Assembly (NCBI GenBank): GCA_951406725.2
Contig: OX597830.1
Location: 53,196,001 to 53,260,000, forward strand
Length of the DNA stretch: 64,000 nt
Origin: Octopus vulgaris
Lineage: Eukaryota
Direction of reading: 5' to 3'
Under the pieces are notes generated by a model, which saw nothing but the letters and a program-made list of their open reading frames with translations, had not been told where the DNA came from and made no database searches. Below are positions 52,193-64,000 of this stretch, piece by piece. Position numbers and translations under genes: made by a program. The number at the start of each line of letters is the position of its first letter. Within the stretch, counting starts at the first letter, position 1.

Positions 52193-53526
52193 ATATATAG
52201 ACAGATAAGCAGTCAGGCAGGCAGACAGACAGACAGACAGATAAATAGATAGACAGATAGATAGATATATTTCTTTACTACCCACAAGGGGCTAAACACA
52301 GAGTGGACAGACAAACGGATTAAGTCAATTATATCGGCCCCAGTGCGTAACTGGTACTTAATTTATCGACCCCAGTCGACCTCGGCAGAATTTGAACCCA
52401 GTACGTAAAGGCAGACGAAATACGGCTACGTATTTCACCCGGCGTGCTAATTATTCTGCCAGCTTGCAGCCTTAAAAGAGTATTTCAATGATAGATAGAT
52501 AGATAGATCAGTAGGTAGGTAGATGCAATTTTCTAAAAGTTTGCTCGTAATTGACAGGTGGTATAAATGTAAATCCAGATTATGCCTGCTTACTCAATTG
52601 ACACACATACATTTGGCTTCGTTACTAATCTCTGCCGGATTATGACCAATCAAGCTGTAACATAACTCAGTATCAGGAATAAGGGCCATCTGCTGGCCCC
52701 TAATCTCATGTATGTATTGTAGTTCTGTGCTTGTTGTAGTTTATATATATACCTTTTATCTTTTATCCTTTATTTGGACTGTGACCATGGGGCACCACCT
52801 TGAAAGGTTTTAGTTAAACAAATTGCTCCTAGCACTTGTGATTTTTTGTTTCAAGTCTCGTAGTTATTCTATTGGTCACTTTTGCTGAACTGCTAAGTTA
52901 TGGGAATGTAAACAAACCAACACCAGTTGTGAAGCAAATAGGTGGGTATGACAAACACAGATACATAGATACACACACAGTAACACATACATACATATAT
53001 ACACATCATCATCATCATCATCGTTTAACGTCTGCTTTCCATGCTAGCATGGGTTGGACGGTTCAACTGGGGTCTGGGAAGCCTGAAGGCTGCACTAGGC
53101 CAGTCAGATCTGGCAGTGTTTCTACAGCTGGATGCCCTTTCTAATGCCAACCACTCCGAGAGTGTAGTGGGTGATTTTATGTGCCACCGACACAGGTGCC
53201 AGACGAGGCTGGCGAACGGCCACGCTCGGATGGTGTTTTTTACGTGCCACCAGCACGGAGGCCAGTCAATGCGGTACTGGCTACGGCCACGTTTGGATGG
53301 TTTTCATATGTGCCACCGGCACTGGTACCACAAAACTACAAATTCCATTAATGTTCATCGAGTTTGCTTTCGATTTTGTCCATTTTCACTTGCCTCAACA
53401 GGTCTTCACAAGTAGAGTTATGTGTCCCAAGAAGGAAGGTATGCATAGGTGGACTGACTATGTCCCAGATAGGGGCCATGGGTTATGGCTTCACTTGTCC
53501 AGCCAGGTCTTCTCGCACACAGCATA

Positions 53527-53580
<54 letters not shown>

Positions 53581-54359
53581 AGGCACATAGGTCAGGGATT
53601 AGAGCGTCAAATTTATGACCATGAGATTGTGAGTTCGAATCCTGGACCGGGCTGCATGTTGTGTTTTTGAGCATCACACTTTATTTCATGTTGCTCCAGT
53701 TCACTCAGCTGTAGAAATGAGTTTCTATGTCACTGCTGCCAGGCTGTATCGCCCTTTACCTTTCTCATAGATAACACTGGTGGCGTGGAGAGGGGAGGCT
53801 GGTATGCATGGGCAACTGCTGGTCTTCCATAAACAACGTTGCTTGCTGGTCTTCCATAAACAACGTTGCCTCAGAGGGTAACTTTCTAGGTGCACTCCCA
53901 TGGCCATTTGTGACTGAAGGGGGTCTCCAACTCTGATATATATTTATGAGGAAATGTAAGGGTAACCAAGTTAGGCAAGTCAATATACAAAAAATATTAC
54001 ATCTAATACTAAAAATGTCCATGGGTTTACATATAAATAAGTCCGACTTACACAGAATAGAAATGATTTTCAGGAATTAAAGGAGTAGACTAGGAGTTTT
54101 ATGGACTTGTAAAACTCTTATTCATTCAACCTCTTTAATTTCTGATATCATTTCTATTCCGTGTAAGTCGAACCTTTTTATATGTAAACATACATAAACA
54201 TTTATTTTATAACGAATGTATTTAATATTTTTTGTATATCGACTCCTTACTTTCTTATCCTTACGTTTCCTCCCTCACCTGCTCAAGTTTAAATCACTTG
54301 AGCACTGCAAAATGTATCCTATTCAGAGAATATCTATCTTGCATCTATCTATCTATCTA

Positions 54360-54394
<35 letters not shown>

Positions 54395-57300
54395 TATATA
54401 TTTTATTTTATTTGTTAGGGAATAACAATTCTGGCATCACAGGGGTTCAAATTATTCTCAATGAGGAAATATATATATGAACCTCAAGAAACATATGTAG
54501 CCGAGATATGAGTAGTAAGTAAATTAAATTAAAATTCTTTTATATGGTGGGATGAAGGGGACTACTATCTCTAAATATAAGAAAATGAGATGACCAAGGA
54601 ATAAATGATTATCTTATGAACTTCATTGGCTTACAGTTGTTCCTGCTATAAGATGCAGTGGACTCATTGTTGAGTGCCTGAGTAGCACCTTATGAGTTTC
54701 AAGTATTAAGTGCAATTTATTTGGGAAAGGAATTACATATATTTATAATGGGAGAAAGAACTGTGGTTTGGTGAGTTCCTGGGTAGTGGATAGAGGAATG
54801 GCCTTTAGATATTAGAAGTATCAAACACAGGTTGCCCTTTGCTAAGGCATAGCAGCTGACAGCCACCTGACTTAGGATTACAAGTGAATCCATGGGAAGC
54901 AGCGTGGTGGTTATACAGTCTCAGTAAAAATGTTCTGATCAACAGATGCTGTGAAATCAACAACCAGGATCATTAATTCACCCAAGTATATTACTGCTAA
55001 CATCTACAGATCTAGCAACCATAAATGTTATTAAAGCTTGTGAAATATGTGAATGGCCAACACTAAAGTAAATAAAATAATTTTCTAAAATATTACTTGT
55101 TACAGTAATCATTGTTTTTATATTTAAAACTATGGTTTTCTTGGCCAGAAACCCAAACCAAAGTATAAAGTAACATAACAACAGTATTTAGGATTGCATG
55201 TGTTTATTAATGCATGTTTAATTTGTTTTGTTTTAATCAGATTAGGTTTAAAAGCTTCAACTTTCAGGTAATACAATTAGCAGGTGTTGCATTTTTTTAT
55301 TTTCCATTTTTGAAAGCTGATTAACTTATTAAATGAAATCATACAGGGTGTATAATGAGAATAGGACATTGGCCTTTCAGCTGACGGAGAGGGTATTTAG
55401 GAGCAATATAATGTATGTATACTCATATATCATAGGTGCAGCAAGGCCAAGTGGTTAAGAAATTTGCTTTACAATCACAAGGTCACAGGTTCAGTTTCAC
55501 TGCACATCTTACGCAAATGGTCTTTTATACTATATATAGCTTTCATTCCACCTATCTTTTCTAAGCGAAATTGGGTAGACAAAAATATTCTTGAAGCCCA
55601 TCAGATAGATTATGTTGGTGATTCAAAGATTCAGCCTTGTCATATACACTGAATAACAATGATTTTTATCTGAGGATTATGCTAAAGGTACATGTGTCTG
55701 TGGAATACCTACCCACTTAAACATGCTAATTCAAAGAGCAAGTGGTTCAGTTAACGAACAACTGAATTCTCATCACTGAAACTAATGGATTATATCTATC
55801 TATCTGTCTATATATATATATATATAAAATATATATGGATGTGTGTATTTTTCCCTTGTTAACAATTAACATGGAAAAAATAGACAAATAGTTACCAGGG
55901 TAGCAAAAAATCACACAAGTAAAAAGGGTGTAACTCCTTGTTTTTAAAGGTAGAAACTCCGGGTTTACGTGAAATATTTTGTATTTTTATTTATTTATGC
56001 GCCTTTTTCAAGCCTAGCCAGGCTCATGGGCTCGGTTTCCCAGGTGTATGTGTTCCCTCCAGCTGGACGGGATGCCAGTCCATTGCAGCGTTGCCCAAGA
56101 AACAGGAAGTGAGAGTGAGAGAAAGTTGGGGCGAAAGAGTACAACGGGGATCGCTACCACTCCCTGCCAGAGCCTCGTGGAGCTTTAGGCGTTTTCGCTT
56201 AAACATGCACAACGCCTGGTCTGGGAATTGAAACCGCGATCCTCAAAGTCAATGGGATTCGAACTCAGAATACAGATACCAGAGTACTCATTGTAAGTCT
56301 TGCGTTCAATGCCAAGTGACACTTTTACATGTCAGTTTTTTTTTTTAATATGGTGGTGGGTCCCTATTGTTCATAAGGCAGAATCAGTTGATCAACTGAA
56401 TTATCCGTTTCTGAATTAATATGCAAGTGGCTGGATATTCCAGACAAGTGTAGCCTTAATAATCTCTCAGACATAATCAGTGTGTGACAAGGCTTTATCT
56501 TTTCAATAACAGATACAATCCACCTAACAGGACTTTGCAACAGTTTCTATCTAATTTCATTCACAAGACATGAATTGACCGGAGACCATAGAAAATAACG
56601 TTTTAACCATTTGGCCAGACTACATCTACAGTTATTAATGTAAATATTAAATAAGAATATAAATAAAACACATACCCCGATCATACTGGGATAGATACCT
56701 TACAGTATTCGTAGCAACTCTTGGCACTTTGGGTTTAAGTTTGCCTTTCATCCTTCTGCAGCAGATAAATAAATAACCAGCTACTAGAGTTCATTTTTTA
56801 TTTCTTCTCACTTGGAATTGGTTACAAATTAGTGAAGTAGTGGTACCACTCATGTATATTTACGCACCAAAAATCTGATTCTACTGGATGAAACCTTTGG
56901 TTGACTCCACGGAAGCTGGCAACAGCTCTGGATGTCCTTTATTAATCTCATATATGATACCAACCCACTTGAGGCTACCTCTTGTTCTATATAACAAAAC
57001 TGTTTTAAAATATTTATATCTCAAATTAAAACTATTATAATATTCTGTTTGGAAAATTTAAAGTTATACTCCAAATACCAGCTTAATAAACAAAAAAGTT
57101 ATTTATTCTATTAAATACCTCCAAATTCTTAATTAATTTTAAATATAATTGAAACAAACAGTGTGTTTCAATGGAAACAGAGATGTAATCCATGAGCTGC
57201 TTTAACACTACCTCCTGTTACATTGGGTATCGTTAGTGGAGTGCATTCTGTTGTCACCCAGGTGAACAAAAAAAACACAGACCTTGGCTACCTTTGGACC

Positions 57301-60300
57301 TTGAGCACTTTTAGTGGATTCCACTCTGTTGCAAGTATTTGGGCCAGATTTCCAGTTTGAGGATACCTTTCTCCTTCCCTTGAAACTAGTCTCAGAGGTT
57401 CTGTCAAGGATCACGAGGATTGTCTTCCTCCCTGACTAAAATATTAATAAAAAATTGAGATGAATTTAACTAATAATAATATCAAGTGACCCTACAGAGA
57501 TTTGACTGTGGCAGCTCGTGTCAAAACTGAGGGTAAGTTAGCAGGGACAAAGTTAAATGACAAGTAAATATTGATTTCAAATTTTGGCATAAGACCAGCA
57601 AGTTCGGAGGAAAGGGTAAGTTGATTGTCTTGATCTGAATGTTTGACTGGTACTTATTTTATTGACCCTGAAAGGAAGAAAGGCAAAGTTGACCTTGGAG
57701 GAATTTGAACTCAGAGTATGAAAATGGATGAAATGCTAAGCATTTTGCCTGGCTGACACATTAGAACCGTGATAGCTCCAGTAAAATTTATTGAGGAAAA
57801 TTTAGTCATTACATTGAGAAGATTAAGTGATTATCATAAAACTCCATATATATAATATACAAATGCTTGCTCACCCTCACCAGAAGAATCAAGACTTTTT
57901 TGACAGGATCCATCAAGCCAAAGGACTACAATCTGTTTTAATGTTTATTTTGGAATGGTTTCTATGGATAGATGCCTTTCCTAATGCAAAGCACCGTAGT
58001 ACATAGTGGGTGCTTCATTTTTGTGGCACCAGCACCAGTGAGGTTGCCATGTAAACTTGCAAGACTCCCCTTTGACAAAATGAGGTTGCAGTAGTGAGGG
58101 AGAGAGTTTCAACTCTTTAGCGTTTAAAGTGGCTAAATCCAGCCTAAATATTCAAATTGTTTTATGTTCAAACTGGCCAGATCTAATTTCTCACACCTAC
58201 CCTACAATATTCTAAAAATAAACAATCACATAATTGAAATCTCAAAGGCATGAGATAATGTACGATTAATTCAAAACAATGTGAATACATAAGAATTACC
58301 TTTTGACAGAATAATCTGAACGTTAAATGGTTAATGATTAAAATTGGTATATATAATGTAATGGTTTGTTCTTTTACATTATTTCTAAGTAAATATAAAT
58401 TTATTTTACACAAAATGATGCATTATAAACTAATAAATAGGATTATAGAAGATTAGCTTTGCTTGTTGCATTGTGCAATGTTATAAGATAGGAGGGTTTT
58501 GATCAGTTAGACCCCAAAATCTAGATTTGTATATAATGGCTAACCTTGTTGGCCTATTTAGTGATTATATATATATATATATATATATATCTTACCGTAA
58601 TGGTTTGCTTGGTGATTATGAAGAAGGTTTAATCTGGATGACTCACTTGTAAAAATGAAAGTTTAGTTCCATGTCAGTCCTGGCCAAACAGATTTATAAT
58701 CAAAAGATTTCTAGCCGCAACTATTTTATATAATTCATCCCTCCATTTTTTTTAAAAGCAATAGAGCATGATTTGACTGCTAGTTCTAGTAGTTTGGGCA
58801 TGGGTGGGTACTAGAAAGGAAAACATAGTAAAATACACATTTCAACAATATCTAAAAAAAAATTTTTTTAAAACCCCGAATATTTAAAATTTGTTTTAAA
58901 AATTGGAAGAATGAAATGCTGCCTTTTCTTCACTTAACCCATTTGACATAACAGCATTCCTCGTCTTATTACCATTCTGATGTCACAACAATCTGTCTGA
59001 TATAACAACTCTTTCTGCTGTTGTGATGTCTCAATCAACAGTCTTGCATAATACACCTCTTACTGCCATTACGATGTCACATATTACTGCTGGTGTGATG
59101 TCTCGGCCAATAGTCTTGATAATACGTATTTTATATCAACATGATGTAACAGCTATCTTAATGGAATCTTTATGATCAAAAACGATCTTACACAGAGAGG
59201 GACATTACAAGACAAACAAGAACAAAAAATAGAACAGCTATCTTAATGATGTCACAAAAGTCTTGCATAATATACATATTATTACTACTACTACTACTAC
59301 TACTACTGTCATGTCACAACCAAGCCTTGTACAATATACATCTAATATTATGAGATACCGCCGAAGTTGCATATTGAGTACTGAACGTAATTCTTTAAAC
59401 AATTTTTCAGTCATTACCTCTGAAAGAGTATGTTTCTGAAACTCCTCAATCATTGGTTCATAAGATTTAGGAGATTCATTTAAGCTATTTTGAAACAATT
59501 CAAATAAAACACCAAATCCATTAATATCACTCATTCACTTAAATCTCCACTATCTAAAAGAGTGGCCGAAAAAAATAGCTATGAGACATGCTCTTATCAA
59601 TATCACCGTCATTTAACATCAGTGTTCCATGCTGGCATAGGTCTAAGAACTGCATCATGCTCCAGTGTCTGTTATGGCATGATCTCCATGACTGGATGCC
59701 TTTCTTCATGCCAACCACTTCCGAGTATGTACCTGCTGCTTTTTTTTTATCTGTGCTACCAGTACTAGTAAGGTTGCTGTGCAACTTGCAAGACTACAAA
59801 CTCAAGTGGAGGGCTTTATGAGAGGAGGGTTAAGATATGAAATAAGAAAGTGGGGCAGCGAAGGTTTTTGTTATAGAAGAGCTAAATAGCTAAAGAAATA
59901 ATTATGTTTATTCTAATTATATAAAGCACTTTGAAAAGAAAAAAAAAACAATGATAAGTTTATTTATTTATATAAATTTATTACTTTTGAAAAAAAAAAA
60001 AAATGTACTTTTAGATTTCAAACAAAATAGAATTTGTACATTATCGCAATTTTAATTACTGTTTTAAAAAATTTATTTATTTACGATTTATTGAAATATA
60101 TAACTTAGAATTTATAGAATAAGAAAAAAAAACAAAACAAAAAAAAACAACAAATCATTGTCTTTTAGTCAGTACAAATAACTTTCTGGCCATACTGGAG
60201 TACTACCACACTAAAACAACTATTTGGTAAAAATGCAGTCATATTGACTTCCTTTAAGGCTATAAATTATCAGTAATTTGGATAATTAAAAACATTTCCT

Positions 60301-60847
60301 AATTTGCTAGACATGCATCTCTGAAAGAGTTGTAAAGGTGTTTGGTTAGATGAAAATGGTGAAGCAGTGATGCTTCATGTCTTTTTTCCAAAGCCATCAG
60401 ATTTGTGCTTTTGGTCCAATATCAAGAATTCTACAACATACAAAACCCTTTTGTTATCCTATTTCTGTTGAAATACATTGCCTTTGTTTCAATTTAGAAA
60501 ATAATTAAGAATTTAATAAAATAACCTTATAATTATTAATCCTTTTGTTTCAATATTTCTGCTGAAATACACTGCTTTTGTTTTTAATTAATTTTGATTA
60601 GTGTCCGCAACATAAATAAACATGAAATTTTGGTAAAAAGTTTGAAATCTTGATAGCTTTAAAACAAAAAGCTCAGATCAGAGAACCAAGGGTGGTCTCA
60701 GCCAGGTTGGTATCAGACCGAATAAATAAATTGTGTTCATTTTAATTAATTATGAAAATTAGGAAGGATTTCGTAAAATAACTTATTCATTAAGAACAGA
60801 AATTAACATAGAATTTTGATGGGATCTTTTAATTTAGATTACTTTAA

Positions 60848-61057
60848 CCCTTTAGTATTCAGATTACTCTATTAAATGTAATACTTTTTCGCTCAAATTG
60901 TTTTGAATTAATCATGCATTATCTTATAGCTTTGAGGTTTCAATGATGTAATTGTTTATTTTTAGAATGTCACTGTAGGTTAGGTGTGAGAGGCTAGATA
61001 TGGCCAGTTTGAATATAAAACATGTAGAATATTTGGGCCGGTTTAAACACTAAAGGG
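60848..61057. mobile_element. piggyBac-like MITE copy nested in an older TTAA-type element (about 60445-61104)
   Basis: TTAA TSD at 60844-60847 and 61058-61061. The outer repeat begins ccttttgtt and ends gtatcaaagggg-ttaa. Confidence 0.75.
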
Positions 61058-64000
61058 TTAAACCAGGAAATTTGTATCTATAATCAGGGCTGGTATCAAA
61101 GGGGTTAATTAAATGGACATATAGAGCCAAGGTGCCACAGCCCACATCAGCCATATCACTTCTTTGAAATCCACTCCCATCACACCCTCTTTGGTCCTGC
61201 CCCTTATTGGTATCTTGACCTACTACATAAGCAACAGATTGTCTCCGCCCCACTCCCCTAGTACAAGATTTTCATTATTTCTTATTCATACCTAGATTAG
61301 TAAAATGGTCAATTCAACTGTGACATTATTTGAACCCAAGAAACCAAAGAGACTCGACTCTAATCCAGGTGCTCTTGTTTGCCACTTGACCATTCTGCAA
61401 CTGGACTGTTTCCCCACACAAACACACACACTTAAAAAGGCAAGTGTAAAATGTGGATATGTAGATACATTTTGTGAATGTAAGAAAACCTTCATTAACT
61501 GTCAAGTCACATGACCTCAAGATTCACAGCATTGAGGTAGATTCGTGTCATGTCCCTGATGAACAAATGGACGGTGAAACTAGCAGTAGTAATGCGATCA
61601 ATGGTTAATCAAATATTTTGACTAAAATTATTAGACTCTACATCTTTGGATTGAGTTCTCTACTGTTAAAAATTGTTTTACCTCATATATACATCCATAA
61701 ACATTACCTTATACATATATAAATTTAAATATATTACAGCATGAATTTGTGCATATTACCCCATACATGCATGCATACACACAATACACATTACCCCAAA
61801 CATATATGAAGATGGTCATTCACTACACTTCTCATCTTTTCTTGCAATATGCATTCTTTCAGACAAAGATGGACAGTGTCCTCTTATTGCATTTCAGTTA
61901 AAAGTACATTTTTTCTCTTCTTATAATATCCATGTTGGAATAGGTTAGACAGTTTGTCAGAATTTAATGCATCTAAAGACTGCACGATGCTCTTTTAAAT
62001 ATCAACCACTTTACAGAGTGTACTGGGTGCCTTTTTTCCTGCCACCAGCATTAGTAAAAGTTGCCTTCATGCTAGGAGATGGGGGATAGTTTAAAGTTTG
62101 AGAGAAGTGGGGAAGCAGAGAAGGTTCGTGGCTAATTAGTAGGAGCTACAAACAATAATATATATATCATCATCATCATCATTTAACGTCTGCTTTCCAT
62201 GCTACCATGGGTTGGACAATTTGACTGAGGACTGGCAAACCAGGCTCCAATCTGATCTGGCAGAGTTTCTACAGCTGGATGCCCTTCCTAATGCCAACCA
62301 CTCCGAGAGTGTAGCAGGTGCTTTTACATGCCACCAGCACTGGCAACAGCCATGCTCAAATGGTGTTTTTTACGTGTCACCTGCATAGGAACCAGTCCAG
62401 TGGCACTGGCAATGACCTCGCTTGAATGTTTTGTTCACGTGCCAGTAAGGCGATGCTGGTAGCTATCTTGCTCAAATGGTGCTTTTTATGTGCCACCAGC
62501 ATGGAAGCCAGTTAGCTGCTCTGGCAATGACCACGCTCGGATGGTGATCTTAGCACTCCACTAGCATGGATGCCAGTCATGGAATTTGATTTCGATTTCA
62601 CTTGCCTCAACAGCAGAGTTTAGCACACACACACATTATATATATATATATATATATAAAAAGAACACAGCCAGTTTATCAACATTTATTTTTAAAACTC
62701 CTAAAACAAATGATTGGATTGTGTTGCTTGAATCAATAAATAATCAAATTAAAGCAAATATTAGAAAACTCTCTTATGAAAATGTTGCAAAACAACTGAT
62801 TAAAATGTTAATTAATCTTGAGATTCTTCAGATTTCTTTAAAAAGTTCAGTGAATTATTTCAGAAATACACTGATATTATCAATCAATTATTTACACTCA
62901 CCCATAATGAATCATTTGAATGGGTTGTTATTTAAAAAAAAAATTCTATATAATTTCTTTGAACAGCTGTCTTCATACGGTAGAATTACTGGCAGCACTT
63001 AACCATCTCTGACTACAGATTTTAAAATAAACACCACCAGGTTTTCAACCATGACCTCCTCCCACAAACAATTATATAACATTTAATTAAAACTATTTTA
63101 ATAAACAATAACAATATAAACTTTTAGCTTTAATCTATTTCCTGTTGTTTTTCTCAATATTTTGAATAATTTGATTGTAATTAAAACAACTGGTACTTTG
63201 ATCAATTGGGTTTTGTTTACTGAATGTCATGGCATAGAAGATGCAGAGGCATATTAAGTGCAGTCCAATTTCTGGATTAGACTATAGTGGTGATCATTAG
63301 GGACAAAATTAGCTGATGAGTAGTCCCATTTTGCATGTAGGATCTAGGATATTTTTGAATTATTTTTTCTTTTAGAAAACACTGTCATATATGTCATCAT
63401 CAAATACAGTAACTGCTTTCAGTCTACTGACACCAAACCAAATGTGTGTGTGTCCCCAGTAGCAGAACAATTCTGATATTAGACAAATGTCTCGTAACTG
63501 TTCTGCCCTAAGAAGTCTGATTTCATATCCCACTGATGTCAAGCTGGCCTGTCATTCTTCTGGGGTCAAGTCAATGAAATACAAATTTACTGAAATTCAT
63601 CAATTCCTCTCATGTTGATGCCTGCCGAGTTACTGTCATACAAAGAGAGATGATAGCTGGCTCCAGGTAAAGGGGAGGTCTTGGGATAGAGGCTAGCAAA
63701 CACTTTTCAGAAAAAAAAAAACAAAAAAAACTTGTCACTGAAATTGTCCAAAAAACACCATTGTATCCTTGAGACAGACATGGTAGGCATGAATAGACTG
63801 TAACACACAGACTGGGTCAGATCAAAGAAAGAACAAAATAGATATATATATATATATATATATTAGTTTGAATCAGCTTCTATTTGGAGTTATTGCCCTC
63901 TAAGATGGCTCAAGGACCGGGTTTCATTTTTAGCTTGGTTTCTTGGGCTGGATGCCCTTTTTATCACTAACCCCTTTAGAGGGTACTGGATGCATTTATG

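Noticed and set aside
54627-54865. Possible minus-strand hammerhead (tggct/agcca stem I, tgctat/atagca stem II, caactg-TA)
   Set aside because: Both catalytic boxes are non-canonical (gtcagc, GGAA) and the stem II loop would be about 200 nt.
61292-61520. Upstream FBXL7 coding exon ending at TAG|gtatga
   Set aside because: All three frames hit a stop at or before the donor; at most a non-coding exon, with no further support.

Overview
AT-rich, repeat-dense eukaryotic DNA. The SINE families and microsatellite load resemble an Octopus (coleoid cephalopod) genome; that is inference. One host gene is clear: an FBXL7 ortholog (F-box/LRR) on the minus strand. It has two firm coding exons (9703-10467 and 2189-2922, joined by a phase-1 GT-AG intron), a good candidate 63-nt upstream exon (26858-26920) and a weaker candidate first exon near 47914-47932. 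The rest is intron or intergenic DNA filled with repeats: at least five SINE-like families, a near-complete but inactivated mariner, other Tc1/mariner, piggyBac-like and hAT-like relics, CR1-like and R4/Dong-like LINE fragments with internal inversions, a 767-bp foldback element, minisatellites and microsatellites. The most notable signal the ORF track does not explain is a set of type I hammerhead-ribozyme-like motifs (CUGANGA...GAAA plus a palindromic stem III). They lie in ORF-less AT-rich modules, often with inverted duplications, and suggest several non-autonomous Penelope- or retrozyme-like families. Most other listed ORFs are artefacts of repeats. Repeat boundaries were read by eye and are approximate.
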